Translations under genes and position numbers: made by a program
The notes under the pieces: generated by a model
What the model saw: only the letters and a program-made list of their open reading frames with translations
Databases searched by the model: none
Told to the model about the DNA's origin: nothing
Source: Mobula birostris
Taxonomy: Eukaryota
DNA length: 64,000 nucleotides
Direction of reading: 5' to 3'
Assembly: GCF_030028105.1 (NCBI RefSeq)
Contig: NC_092383.1
Location: forward strand, 87,253,921 to 87,317,920
Part shown: positions 37,060 to 50,905 of the stretch, one piece after another
Position numbering within the stretch: the first letter of the stretch is position 1
Layout: the number at the start of each line of letters is the position of its first letter

Positions 37060-38608
37060 CTCTAAATGCTCAAATTTGCAAATTCCCTTCATGGTCTCTT
37101 TAGCCATTGTGTTACGAGTGAGCCCCTTATACATTATTGATCTTGCTTCCCCCATCTCCAGACCTACCACTGTATTTATTTCTTTATTCTATTTACTGAG
37201 ATACAGTGTGGTATAGGTCCTTCCAGCCCTTTGAACCGCACCACCCAGTGACCCCCAATTTAACCTAAGCCTAATCACAGGATGATTTACAAAGACCAAT
37301 TAACGAACTGACTGATACATCCCTGGACTCTGGGCGGAAACCGGAGCACTGAGGGAAAACCCATGCATTCCACAGGGAGGACATAGAGATCCCTCACAAA
37401 AGACATCAGAATTGACCTTTGACACCTCAAGCTGTAATAGCATCGTGGTAACCACTATGCTGCATGGTGCCCAAGGAATACTGAGATTTTTTGAGATGCC
37501 CGGATTACTTTTATGATTTTTTTTGATTATCCTTATTTGTCTGTGTATTTCATTCCCCAACTCCCTTCTTCAATAAGTTATGGATCACTTATCAGCTTTC
37601 ATACAAAATCTGTCTGCAAGGATTCGTTGTCGAACTTCCAAAGAGCTGTGTCCTCTTTTGGCAAGTTTGTCTATATTTGTCACATGTACATTGAAACATA
37701 CATTGAAATGCTGTCAGGCCTGCACATGCAGGAAACTCCCAATCTTCACCTGACTAATAGAATTCACCTGCCACTCATTCTAGGCTCATTACCTGCAGCC
37801 TATTTAACCCAGTTCTCATCCACAGTCCTTGTTCACTCATCAAACCAGATGGCCTCAACAAATTGTTCCTAGCCTTCAATCCCTCGCTTGCTTGTTGTGT
37901 TTACTTTCTGCTCTTTCATGTTTTATGGCACCTCATGACTTTTTATTTTGCAGTCTATTAGTAGAGTAGCGTTTACTGCAAAATTGTCTCTGCTGATTGA
38001 TTTTGGTCAAGCTTCATCTACATTTCCTGACAAATGCATCACTTTGCATCAAATGCAACCAGCAAAGATTGTGCTGGGCAGTCTGTTAGTGTTTCTATTC
38101 TTCCAGAGCCAACATAGCATGCCCTCAAGCGACTAACCGTCAACCATCTGTCTTGAAAATATGGGAGGAAACCGGAGCACCCGGAGGAACCTCATGCAGT
38201 CTCAGAGAGAATGTACAAACTCTTTACAAATAGTGGCAGGAACTAAACCACAATGGTATAGCTAACTGTTATAAATCATTGTACCATGCAATGACATTAC
38301 ATTAACCCCAGGCTCATCGTTACCCAACCTCATTATTTCGATCCTTGCCATTTCTAAATCTATCTACATTATCTATTGTTGCAGCATACAGTATGTGTTT
38401 CCACAATTGTATCTCCAAATGATGATCATAAATTATCTTCCCTCCCTCAGTCCAGCGTGAGATTAATCTCCCAGCTGAACTTCCCTGGCCTTGCTGCTTT
38501 TATTGCTCGACTTCACTAATTTCACAGAGGAACCAGGAGGTAAATATTTGAAATACAAAGGTGTTTCCTCTTCTCCCACTGATTCTGTATCTCTTCCCCT
38601 TTGTTCAG

Positions 38609-38699
38609 TTACATGATATGGAAAGTGGGACGCTGGCTGTTCTTTGCTCTGCTGGCGATCTGCACTATCGCTGTCACGTGGTTCACGAGAGATAAAAAG
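38609..38699 (+). CDS. Gene 2 transmembrane exon with basic residue (SYMIWKVGRWLFFALLAICTIAVTWFTRDKK)
   Basis: Acceptor cttcccctttgttcag| and donor AAG|gtaagt, phase 2-0. Lys/Arg at the N-terminal edge of the hydrophobic helix. A paralogue lies at 61525-61615. Confidence 0.85.
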
Positions 38700-39500
38700 G
38701 TAAGTCTAGGTCAGTAGATGCTCCCGAATGGTTTTCATGAATTACAACATAGAACATAGAGCATTACAGCACAATACATGGAATTTGGTCTATGATGTTG
38801 TTCTGGCCTCTTAACTTACTCTAACCTTTTCTTCTTATATAGCCTTCAACTTCTCTGTGATCCATGCATCTTTTTGAGAGTTCCTTAAATGCTGCAAATG
38901 TATCTGACTCTACCACCACACCTGATAGGACGTTCCATGCACCCACAACCTCTGCGTAAAATCTTACCTCCGACGTCTCCCCAATGTGTTCCTCCAATCA
39001 ACTTAAAATTATGCCCCCTCGTATGAGACACTTCTGCCCTTGGAAAATGGCTCTGGCTATGCACTAGATTTACGCCTCTTATCATCTAGTACACCTCCAT
39101 CAAGGTGCAATACCTCTCATTCTCATTCACTCCAATTTAATTCAAATATACTGATCATTTAAAGGGAAAAAAACATTCACATATGAACGCATAACCTTTT
39201 GTCAAAACAAAGTTGCATGAAGATGATATACTGTAAGGAGGCTTTCACGCTCTGTCCATGTGTAGAATGAAGTCCTGTACTCGACAGGAAAATATATTGG
39301 ACACTGTGTTTCAGACAGAATTCTGTTGCAAGGTGCCCACATGAAATGTAAATCAAAGTCAATGTGCACTTTACTGCCCGATGCACAAGCATGTGTTTGC
39401 AACAGTGCAATGAGTGCAAAATCACAGGCACATAGAATCATACAGTATTGCATGGTTCCCTGTGTCAATCAATCTGATAATTTCACTTTTTCTTTTATAG

Positions 39501-39590
39501 AGATCTGATCAATCAGATCCTCACCGCCTGGTCCAAGAGAAAGAGAGAAGGATCCCAGATTTCACCAACCGTGCGGAAGTTTTGCACTAA
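39501..39590 (+). CDS. Gene 2 terminal exon: short tyrosine-free cytoplasmic tail
   Basis: Acceptor tttttcttttatag|AGA, phase 0. Encodes RSDQSDPHRLVQEKERRIPDFTNRAEVLH*. Confidence 0.72.
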   Translation, partial: RSDQSDPHRLVQEKERRIPDFTNRAEVLH

Positions 39591-39989
39591 GATTAAGTAT
39601 TCATTATTTATCCCGCTTTGTGGAACTTTAGAACATGATTTCACTCATGAATTCAGGGTACTAGATTTTCCTTAAAGTGTCAGTGGTTGGAAACTATTTG
39701 GATAGGGAATCAAATAATCTTCAGATCATGACATCCCATCAGAATGATTTTATTGAAAAATATTGACCTGAAATATTAGCTTTGTTATTCTCCTTGTAGT
39801 TGCTGGCTGACCTGTTGAGTATTTCCATCATCTGCAGATTTAATTTCAAACAGGCACACATTTTCCTCATATATTCAGGAATATTATTACACAGAGAAAA
39901 ACCACAATCTTATTCACATTCAGCACAATTATCGACACTGTACAAAGGTCTAAAGGACACTGATCAATGGAAAGTAATGCCGGGTCCTG

Positions 39990-39995
39990 AATAAA
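39990..39995 (+). promoter_or_regulatory. Candidate polyadenylation signal of gene 2
   Basis: AATAAA about 400 nt after the stop, overlapping an ATTAAA. Motif only. Confidence 0.35.
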
Positions 39996-41284
39996 ATTAA
40001 ATGGACGACTTCTCACCACATGTCCTGAGCACAGTCTTATCATCACAAACTCTCTCTTCCACCAGAAAAACAAATTCAAGGCATCTTGGCAGCATACCTG
40101 ATCTAACAGTGGTATCTCATTGTCTATGTCATTGTCTGACCTCGGGATTGCCTTCATGTGTATATATCACACAGGCCATGATTGGACAGATTGTTGGCTG
40201 ACCCCTCCACCATGTCAACGAGTCATAGAAAAGTCCCTTCGGCCCATCTAGTCTATGCTAAGACATTTAAGTTGCCTACTCCCAACTACTTGCACTGGCA
40301 ACATAGCCCTCCATATTCCTTCCATCCATGTACCTATCAAAACTTCTCTTAAATGTCGAAATTGATCTTACATGCACCACTTGCGCTGCAGTTCATTCCA
40401 CACTTTCATGACCTTCTGGCTGAACAGGTTTTCCCTCTTTTTCATCTCAAACTTTTCACCTTTAACCCATATTCTATGGCCTCTAGTTGTAGTCCCACCC
40501 AACCTCAGTGGAAATAGCCTGTTTGCATATTACATCACTTTACCCCTCATAACTCTGTATACCTCTATCAAATTTCTTCTCAGTCTTCTCCATTCCAAGG
40601 AATAAAGTCTGAACCTATTCAATTTTTCCATATAGCTCAGGATCTCCAGAGCTGCCAACATCCGTGTCAATTTTCATCGTACTCTTTCAAATTTATTTAT
40701 ATCTTTCCTGGAGGTAGGTGACCAAAGATGCACACAATAATCCAGATTATGCCTTATCAATGTCTGATACAAATTCAGCATAACATCCCATCTCCTGTAC
40801 TCCATAGTTTGTTTCTTTTTTGGTTCATGAAGGCCAATGTGCCAAAAGCTTTCTTATGACCCCAGCAACCTTTGAAGCCACCTTCAATGAATTATTGTCC
40901 TGTATTCCCAGATTCTTTGGTTCCACCATAACTCCCTAGTGCCCTACCGTTCACTGTGTAGGACCTACCCTGGTTGGTCCTTCTGAAGTGCAAAACCTCC
41001 CACTTGCCTGTACTAAATTCCATCGGCCATTTTTCAACCCATTTATCCAGCTGATGCAAATCTCTCACTGTCCACCACATCCCCAATCTTGGAGTCATCT
41101 GTAAATTTGCTGATGCAGTTAGCCATATTATCATCCAAATCATTGATATAGATGACAAACAACAAAGGACCCAGCACCAATCCCTGTGGCACAGCACATG
41201 TCACAGGCCTCCAGTCAGAGAGGCAAACATCTACTACCACTCTCAGGCTTCTGCTACAGAGCCAATGTCTCACTCAATTTACTA

Positions 41285-42390
41285 CCTCATCCTGAATGCC
41301 AAGATCACTGGCCAAGATCTACCACAGTGAATCCCAATCATGTATAGAATGGACAACAGACTTTTCAACCTCAACCGGTTCCAGGCCAAGAACAATGTCA
41401 GCACCATCACTATCAAGGAGCTTCAGTATGCGGAAGAGAACACCATCACAACACACTCTGAAGAAGACTTCCAATGCATCCTGAATGCAATTGCCAAGGC
41501 ATATAGGGCCCTGAATCTTGTTTTGAATATGAAAAAACACACAGGTCCTATACCAGCCACCACCATTTATCCAACCCTCCATAAAAGTTGATGATATCAC
41601 CCTTGAAAATATAGATCACTTTCCCTAACTTGGCAGCATTCTTTCCACAAAAGCAGACATTGACTCAGAGATCAACCTGTGCCTGAGCCGTGCTATCTGA
41701 GCCTATTGAAGATTAAGGAAAAAGGTCTTTGAAAAACGTGACCAACAGGTCTAAACAAAACTTTTGTTCAATAGAGCATTCTACGTTCCTACATTACTGT
41801 ATGGAGCTGAATCATGGACCACCTACAGTAGACAGCTGAAAATCCTGGAGCAATATCACCAAAGAACCTTATGACAGATTTTGAGGATCAGCTGGAAGGA
41901 CAGACACACTAACACCAGTGTACCAGAGGAGGCCAACATGAACAGCATCTCCACTACAATAAAGGAACATCAACTAGATAGATAGGTCATGTTATTTGGA
42001 TGCCTAACTCACATTTCCCCAAACAGATCCTTTACTCCCAGTTGAAGGAATGTCATCTTCAAAGATAATATTGAAATCAGCCTGAAGAAATTCAAGATTA
42101 CATCTAAAAACTGGGTAGATATTGCATTCAATAGATGCACTAGGAGAAATCTGTTCCAAGGGGGAGATGCATTATATGACAGTAACCTCCGTGGTGCTGC
42201 AGAGAACAAGCTGCAGCTGCAAAAGGAGGGAACGAACAACCACAAGACCCAGCAACTAGCCATAGCAACCTCTTAGTCTTGCCCACGTGCACCAGAACAT
42301 ACGGTATGCATCCCAGATTGGCCTCTACATCCACCTGAGGACTCACAGACAACCCCTTTGGAGAACACCTTACTCGACTCGATTGATCAC
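41285..42390 (+). mobile_element. Decayed RTE-clade LINE fragment (duplicated at ~52780-53400)
   Basis: Reads YRMDNRLFNLNRFQAK...ELQYAEE...FQCILNA; the same fragment occurs in the duplicate block. Confidence 0.8.
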
Positions 42391-45300
42391 ACCACTAAAA
42401 TGTGTGAGTTGTACCCTGTTGTGAATTGCAAAGGTCAAGTCACAGGAGGTGAATCTGCAAATCAGAGGAAATACTTTTCTCAATGCTGACCTGTAACTGG
42501 AACTCGAATACACAATAGAGTGGAGTACAGTACAGCACAGAAATAAGCCCTTCATCCCAACTCCACCATGCTGAGAGAGATGTTGATTTAAGTTAGACCC
42601 ATTCACCTGCATTTGGCCCATATTCTACTAAACCTTCCCTATCTAGAGTGCTGTCCAAATGTCATTTAAATGTTTTTGTTGTGCCTGCCTCAACCACCCT
42701 CTCTGACAGCATGGTCAATAACTGTACAATCTTCTAATGAAGAGGTTGTCCCTTTTAAATATTTCTCATTCTCCTTAAAAATATGCTATCTAGATTTTTA
42801 ACAATCTTGTTGGATACACAGAACATCTTTTCTCATGAGAAGAGATTTGTAAAAGTCTAGATTTTTACAAAAATTCTCATGATTACATTATGGTGGGTGG
42901 AGATATTGTCCTGATGAGAACTGGATCAAGAACATCAGGATACTTCTTGCTATAGTCCATCATCAGCTTTTAGTTTTGATAATGCTCAGTGAGAAATAGT
43001 TATTGTGACAGCATTCAGGCAGATTTTCAATCTTCCTCCAATATGCTGATTGTCTACACACAAATGCTGGAGGAACTCAGTTGATCAGGCAGCATCTATG
43101 GAAAGGAATAAACAGTTCGATATTTCCGGCCCAGATCCTTGATTGAACCCAGTTTCAGGTCAGGGACCCTCCTCAGATCTGATTTAAAAATGGAAGAGTG
43201 TCAGTTGAGAAAACAGATCTGCTCTGAGGAATGATGTATTAGATGAAAGACTATGCAGTTCATTCCCAGGTTATGAACATCTGACTCATGGACACTTCGA
43301 CATATGAACAAGCCTCTGTAATGGTACTTGATTCAAAAGTCCATTGTATGTTCATATGTTTACACATGACACAAAGATTGTCGATGTTGTGGGTGGTATA
43401 GAGGAGTGTATTTGCACTGTTTGCTTTCCTTTGCAGATTGGTAATTTGTCTGTCTTTGTGTGTAGTTTTGATTGATCCTATTGTATTTCTTTGTTCTACT
43501 ATGAACGCCTGCAAGAAAATGAATCTCAGGGTGACACATACTTTGATAATACATTTACCATGAAGTTTTTCAACTTTGATAAGGTGCATGATCACTGACC
43601 TTTCATAACAGATTTTGTAGAAATGGAGTGAGAAAGAGACACAAACATGAACATTTCCAGTCACTGTACAAAAGTCTTAAAGAAGAACGAGCAATGGAAA
43701 TAAAAGTTGGGTGCTGAATAAAATGAGTGAGATGCAAATTATAGCAGCTTGCATTGGTCATCAGGGTGTGAATCTGCAAATGGAAGGTGTAACTTTTCTC
43801 AGTACTGATCTGTGACTGTGACCCATGAATGTATAATAAACGGTCTTGAAAATGAGAGAAGGTGAACTGCATTATAATCAGTGTAGTATATGGTGACATA
43901 TATGCACTTTGATAATAAATTTAATTTGAATTTTGAATTCTGAAATGCCCCATTCACAAGGATTATTACATTATATCCTTCACTTGCAATGTGAGGACGT
44001 GAAGCAGTAACACCAGAGTCTGTTTGGAGCTCATTACATCTTCAGCTCAGGGTTATCTGATGGATGTTGGTGAGCCGGAGATAATTCCAGATGCAGTGGT
44101 CCCACTTGTGAATCTGGACCTGTTAAACCTGAGTCCATTCAGCCCATTGAGTCTGTTCCTCATTCTATAATGGCTGATTTATTATCCCCCTCAACCCTAT
44201 TCTCCCCATAACCGACAACACAATTACTAATCAAAAAGCTATCAGCCTTCACTTTAAGTATACCCAATGATGGCCTCCACAGCAGTCCGTGACAATGAAT
44301 TGCACAGAATCAGCACCGTCTGGTCAGCAAGTCACCCAACATAGGAAACATCCTCTCCATATACGGTCCACCTTGGATTTTGGCCCTTCACAATTCAAAA
44401 AGTTTCAATGAGAAAAGACCCCTCCCCACCCCAGCCATTCTTCTAAATTCCAGTGAGGACAGGCCCACAGCCATCAAACACTCCTCATATATTTACCCTT
44501 TCATTCCAGGGGAACCTCCTAACCTCCTATGGAACCTCTCCAGTTACAGCACATCCTTTCGAAGATAAGGGGCCCAAAACTTTTCATTATATTCCAAGTG
44601 CAGTCTGACCAATACCTGACAAAGCTGCAGTTATTGGATAAGTTCACAACAACAGAATAGAAAAGGTTTTACAATCCACTGTTGCATTAACAGGTGTGCA
44701 CATGATTGGAATTAGGTTTAAACACGGTGGTTAAATGGTCTTCTCACATTTCTACACCAAGTTGTTATTGTCATTCAGTGATCTAGTTGCTGCAACAATA
44801 ATGCTTTGCTGAAGATGTTTTGTATCTCTGCACTTGTTTTCATCAGAATATTGAACCATGGTTGTTGATGAGTTTTTCAAGAAGTGATGGGGCAATGCAG
44901 GAAGGGACCAGAACAATCTGTCAATACGTAGCATTCATTGGTACTTCTCTGTATTCTATTTGGTAAGACAAGTAAAGAAAGCAGAAGCTGTAACCACATC
45001 CTTCACTGATAGTGAACATTTGCAGATGACAGCAGGAGTGACACAGTAGAGACGGCACATACTCCACAATGTACAGAATTTAAGCAGGTATACATTCAAA
45101 GCTAATATACTGCACTGTTTTCTCCTAAAACAGATTTAACAAACTCAGGGTAACAAAAGTTCTCCATATAGTCTGAAATATTTTGTCATTGATCAGTTTA
45201 TACACTACGTGAAATTAAGTGTTTATACACAAGTGCAAAGTCAGCAAGAAAAATTAAGGAAAATATAAACTTAGATCACCTCAACCCTCTGTACTACAAT

Positions 45301-48135
45301 GAAATCAAAAACAACATGCAAAAAATGCTGGAGCAACTTAGCAGGTCAGGCAGCATCTGTGGAAATGCATAGATAGTCGAGGTTCGGGGCCTGCCTGTTA
45401 CTTTCCCCTGGGATGCCTCCTCCTTCCCTTTCTCCAATGTCCACTCTACTCTCCTCTTAGATTCCTTCTCCAGCCCTTGATCTTTCCCACCGACCTTGTT
45501 TCACCTATCACCTTCCAGACAGCCTCCTTCCCCTCGCCATCTTTTTTTTCAGACATATTCCCCCTTCCTTCTCAGTCCTGAAGAAGGGTCTTGGTCCAAA
45601 ATGTCAACAAACTATTTGTTTTCATCGATGCTGCCTGACCTGCTGATTTCCTCCAGCGTTTTCTGTGTGCCACTTTGGATTTCCAGTGTCTGCTGATTTT
45701 CTCATGTTTATGATAAAATCAAGGTTGAACAATTAACATTTTTTAGATAAACTTCAAGATGGCACCGATAAACGATGACTCTGTGAACAGAGAATGGGAA
45801 TCATATGGGAATCATAGAATATTCCCGTTTTGGGCTGCTACAGTATGCTGGTGATTTAAAACTGATTCTGTTTCTGATTCTGTATAACTTCCCCAGTATG
45901 TGCGGCATGTGAGAATCAGTATCCCTTGTACTGAAACTTACCACAGACTTCATCTGCCCCAGGCATGAATCTGGATGGATCACACTTTGACTAACATGAA
46001 AGTTCCAACTGGATGAACAGGGATGTTGGGAAATTAGCAACTGAGAAGCTGAGCAAAGGTTCACAGGGTCAAGGGTCAGGGAGACCATGGGGGTGAGATA
46101 GTTAAGACAGAAATGTCTTCTCTTTGGACAAGTGTGATCTGTCCATTTACTGTGCCCTACGATTCTATGAGAAATAGAGCGTGCAGGACCTTTCTACTCA
46201 GACCCACCACTTTCTGTCAACATGGAGTTGATTTGGTTTAGGAACAGATCTGACATCGAGTTTACCCATTGCGGATGAGTCATTCCATTCAGGAGGTTTT
46301 CTCCTCACATCAAACCAAAGCAAAGTGAAATCCCATCAAAGGTCTTGAAATTGCACTGACAGATGGAATAGATTTCAGAAGAGGTGAGCTTTAGAGGTTC
46401 CTTCAAAGAGCGGACACAGCTTTCAGAGAGGAGAGGGAATGAAGTGAAGTACTGTATGATGAGTTTGCATGAAAAGCCCCTTCTACATCACACCTATTTC
46501 TTATTTTGCTCCTTTCTCAGTAGCAAGTTCCCCAAAACAGATTTAATTTAATTTTCACCAAGGCAGATCCAGAACAATGTACAAATCTTGGAGTGTAATT
46601 CCATAACTCCCTGAAATTTGGAACAGAGTGAGATGGTAAAGTAGGTGGTGAAGAGAGCTTATGGGATTGGGCCAGCATTGAGCATTCAGGAATTCATGTT
46701 GCAAATGTATAAAAATATGGTTAGGATACACTTGGGGCAGGTGTGCAGTTGTGTCTGTGAGTGCCAGAGAGCACTGGATATTTGCATAATCAGTGTTGGT
46801 TTTGGGGTCTTACACCATTTATAGAACAGTGCCTGAATATGGGTAGACACTAAAGATGTTGAAATCTGGAGTTCAGAGTACACTCCTGAAGGACATCAGT
46901 GTGCCAAGCGGCATGTGTCAGGGGGAGGGAAATTGTTGATGGTTTGGGTGGAGACCCTGCATCAAGTGTGAATGGAGAGGGAGATAGTGTAAATAGGAGA
47001 GGGGGAGGTGTGGGACTGAGTCTACTAGGTGGTAGGGGGTTGAGGAGGGGTGAAGAATGAAATGGAATGGGAGGAAAAGGGATGGAGTTTGGAGGTGAGT
47101 GAGAGGTGGAAGCAGATAAGGGGGATAGTGTGGAACCAGGTCGGGGGAGAATATGTCCAGGTGGAGAAAATTCCTGGAAGCTGTTAAGCGGAATATCAGG
47201 TCCACCATTGCTGGAATCTGATCTTTTTCTGCAGGGATCAGCGTGACAATTGACGTTGTTGTCTTCAAATCAGTACCTTTCCTGGGCCATTTCAGTGGGG
47301 TAATTAGTAAAGAACGTTACTCGATCTGGAGTCAAAGGTAAACCAGGGTGGGTATGGATGAGAGATTTCTGTCTCTAAAGGCCTTTCTGATCCAGGTGGG
47401 ATTTTGACACTCTGGTAGTTAATCATTCTCATGATTGATATGTGTTTTTTAATTCCAGAAGTAATTTAGAAACTGTATTAAAACACTCAATGTATCCTTA
47501 CAGAAATTGAAATCACACCTGGGTTTCTAGACACTAAAATGGAAATTACTTCTGTTGCACCACCTTCTAACTACACATAGAAATACCTGACAGGTACAAA
47601 ATATAAAATCTGCATCAGAAACAGAGGGCACAGATACAGACATCCTCAGGGATTTCTTTCTGCAGTTTATAAACTTGTCTGTGAGGAGGAAGCCAGGACA
47701 TTGGCCTGAAGTGGTCCTACCAAGCCCCACCTCAACCCTCATGTTCCCTGGAATCCGAGACACACACACACCTGGGATCATCATAAGTGAAATAGCTGGT
47801 ATCTTTCTGTACATTTCAAAGGCTGACATGATCTAAGGTAATTGAAAATTCAATGAGACCGCATTCCCTCAGTACTGCACTGGAAGATCAGTCCTGGGTT
47901 TCTGCTCAGGACTCTGGAGTGGGAAGTGAACCCACAATGTACTGACACAGGGGAGAGAGCACTGACACAGCTGACACAGTAACAGTACTGACAGCACTTC
48001 AGACCAAAATGATTGGCTGTGGTGTCATGGACGACATGTTGGAAGTGGCCGGGACGTGTTTTTACCATTGTGTTCAAAGTTATTTGCTTGGATGAAGTGT
48101 TCCTATCCCCTCAGATCTGAAAATGCCTCCCTCAG

Positions 48136-48454
48136 TTTCAGGTGCATTTTGGGCAGAGAGAGATTTAAAAAGAGCTGTGGGAAGAGTGAACAAGATCGAT
48201 TGTCACTATGAAGAAACATAATGCTCACACACCAAGTATCAGTGCCATGGATGGAATAAACAAGTTCAGTTTTAGTGGAAACAAATAGCAACACAGACAA
48301 AGAGAAAGAGTGTCAATCACAGACAACCAGGAACAGAGAAAATTTACTGTTACTATGGAAGATCTTTGCTTTGGAGATACAGGATGGTACAGCTGTGGAA
48401 CTACAACACAAGGACTCAATCTGAGAGTTCATTTATGTCTACACATATACAATG
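48136..48454 (+). pseudogene. Pseudo V exon (paralogue of the gene 2 V exons)
   Basis: ctccctcag|TTTCAGGTGCATTTTGG...AATG|gtaggt. It is 319 nt (two 1-nt deletions), has an in-frame TAA after CHYEET, and KYWC is changed to KYQC. DTGWYSC is retained. Confidence 0.9.
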
Positions 48455-48831
48455 GTAGGTTTTTCAGTGATTGACTTTGTGCCTTTAATGAAATAAGTAT
48501 CTCCTCCATGTTTCCTCTGGGAAGGGTCAGAGCATTAGATGTCACAGGATGCGACGATGTGCTGATCCCAGGGTGAAGCTTGTTGAATGGAGAAATGTCC
48601 AACTTGTGGATGTGTCTAAGGAACAGCAGTCTCCTTCTCCTCCTGCTCAGCCTCAGGACAGAGTACAAGATTTCTGTCCAGACTCTGTCCATCCCTAACT
48701 ATCTCTGCATAAACATCAGTGCCAAATGTTTCCCTCTCTATGTCAGGTGACTGAACCCAGTCACAATTTTATTTTCTACTCAAAGCTATCAAACGTGTGA
48801 TGGATATTTCACAAATATGCTGCCTTTAAAC

Positions 48832-49378
48832 ACTCAGGGGCCAATTCATTCAGTACCTCCTATACAACATGAAGTGGTCACAAAGCGCATGCTCCAGGTC
48901 TTCTGCTGCTGTGGCCCACTCACTTCAAGGTTTGATGTGTTGTGTGTTCAGATAATCTTCAGCACACCACTGTCATAACACATGGTTATTTGAATTCCAG
49001 TCATATTTCTGTCAGTTTGAACCAGTCTGGCCATCTCTCTCTCATTAACAAGGCATTTTTGCTCTTGGAATTGCTACTCACTGGATATTTTTGTTTTTAC
49101 ACCATTCGCTGTAAACTCTAAAGACTATTGTACATGAAGATCCCAGGAGATCAAAAGCTTCTGAGATACTGAAAGCTCCCCATCTTTCACCAACTGTCAT
49201 CCAATGGTCAAAGTCACTAAGATCACATTTCCTCCCAATTCTGATGTTTGGCCTGAGCAACAACTGAACCTCTTGACCATGTCTGCATGCTTTTATGGAC
49301 TGTGCTGCTGCTACATGAATGACTAATTAGAGATTTGCATTAATGAGCAGGTGAACAGGTGTACCTAATAAAGTGGAA
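48832..49378. mobile_element. Tc1-derived non-autonomous element (paralogue at ~58149-58530 and 59176-59240)
   Basis: Termini resemble cactcagtggccactttattaggtacac / gtgtacctaataaagtgg. The same end sequence is seen at 10391-10417. Confidence 0.7.
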
Positions 49379-49434
49379 GAAGAGTGATTTTCAGATGTTC
49401 ATTCAGCGTTTGAATGTTTAATTCTTTCCCACAA

Positions 49435-49666
49435 AACCCATGTCTGCTCCTGTGCTTCGATATCTGTCACCAGCAAATCTCTCACGTGCCAAGTGTCTTC
49501 TGGAGATTCCTTTGCATTAAGTATAGATGGTTTGAAAATACTTCATTTGGGTATACAAAGATAAAAGGCACTAATGAACTGGCTCTACATTTTCAATCCT
49601 TCCACTACCAGAGCCATCAACATTACTGCAGTTGCTTGAATTAAAATTGATCAAAACACAGTGGGA
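49435..49666 (+). pseudogene. Pseudo C2 exon (paralogue of gene 1 exon 490-807)
   Basis: Upstream gattttcagatgttca is shared with position ~457. Acceptor is mutated cag>caa. YRWFENTSFGYTKIKGTNELALHFQSFHYQSHQHYCSCLN* aligns with YSWYEKIPSVVSKISDTNKLDLHCQSIKYKNHLYYCKVSN. It has a deletion, stops and a 3' truncation by another repeat. Confidence 0.85.
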
Positions 49667-50905
49667 TGGCCCCTCCAACACAGCTTCCTGAGCACCATTC
49701 TCTGCCGAGTGCTTTGACCCCGCCCCGGCCACCGAGAAACAAGCAAAGCCGAGGACTCGGGGCCTTCTCCTCCGGAGATTCTGGATCACACAGCAGCAGT
49801 GGCAGCGAAGCAGGCATTTCCGAAGTTTCTCCAGATGTTCCTCCGTGCTCTCACATCTGTCTCCATCAAATCAGGATTGTGCACAGCACCCTACTTGACA
49901 GATAACAGATATCATTCACCAGAGTGGCCACTGCGCACTACGTCAGGCATCATCCGCAGAAGGAGAAACGGTTAGCATTCTACATCACAAGCTCTTCATC
50001 AGAATAAAATCTCTGCCGACTTTCCTCCCAACAGCCATTTCTACTTACACTGAGAAAGTAGAAGCTGGAGGAGACCGTTTGGCCCTTTGAACCTGGGCCA
50101 CCGCTCAATGTAATCAGAGCTTATCTTCCATATTCAGTCTGTAGCTCCCACCTATCCTTCAATCCCTGATGCTTAAGAAATATCTTCAGCTCCTCCCTGG
50201 ATATACTTAATAATTCCACTTCAACTGTTTTCTGAGGTTGAGAATTTGGTTCATTCACCAGTCTCCGGGTGAAGAAATTTCACCACAACTCAGTTTTGAA
50301 CCTCTTACGCCATATCCTTAGATGGGGAACATCTTTCACCAAATTCATTTCTCCAGTCCTTTGAGAAAGATGTCGCTTTTCATTCTTCTAGAATCTTCCA
50401 TTGATCACACTGAAGTGGATAGTTTCACATTTGTCTGCAGTATGCTGCATCTGCCATTCATTTGCGAATTCTCTGAACCAGTCCAAGTCACACTAAAGAG
50501 TCTCCTCATAGTACACATTCCCATCCAGCTTTGTGCCCTCTGTAAATTTGCTATATTGCATTTAATTCCCCTGGACAATGTTATTAATATACAATGAGAC
50601 TAGTTGGGTTTATAGCACTGAATACAACAGTTTTCCACTATAAGCTTCCTTCCAGTCAAAAGCAGAGCTGTCCATTCCTTCTGTTTGAATTCTGTCTGCC
50701 AACTGGTTCTCTATCCACATCAGTCCTCTGACCTACCTGCTTTAATTTTACATACTAATCTTTCATGTAGAACCTTATCAGAAGCCTTCTGAAAGTCCAA
50801 ACACACAATGTTGACAGACTCGCTGTCAATATTCTGCAAGCTATAATCTCATCAAGTTGCACATGGAAACAACTGGAATTGAATTTTATCTCTTTATCTC
50901 TACAG

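Larger units (their letters stand above)
17457..39590 (+). other. Gene 2: CD300/pIgR-like activating-type receptor, leader-(V)x4-stalk-TM(Arg)-short tail
   Basis: Leader, four V exons, stalk, TM and tail exons all have canonical splice sites and compatible phases with no stops. V domains show the two-disulfide pattern of CD300/pIgR/TREM: ITIDCHY...KYWC...HC...DTGWYSC. Confidence 0.82.
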
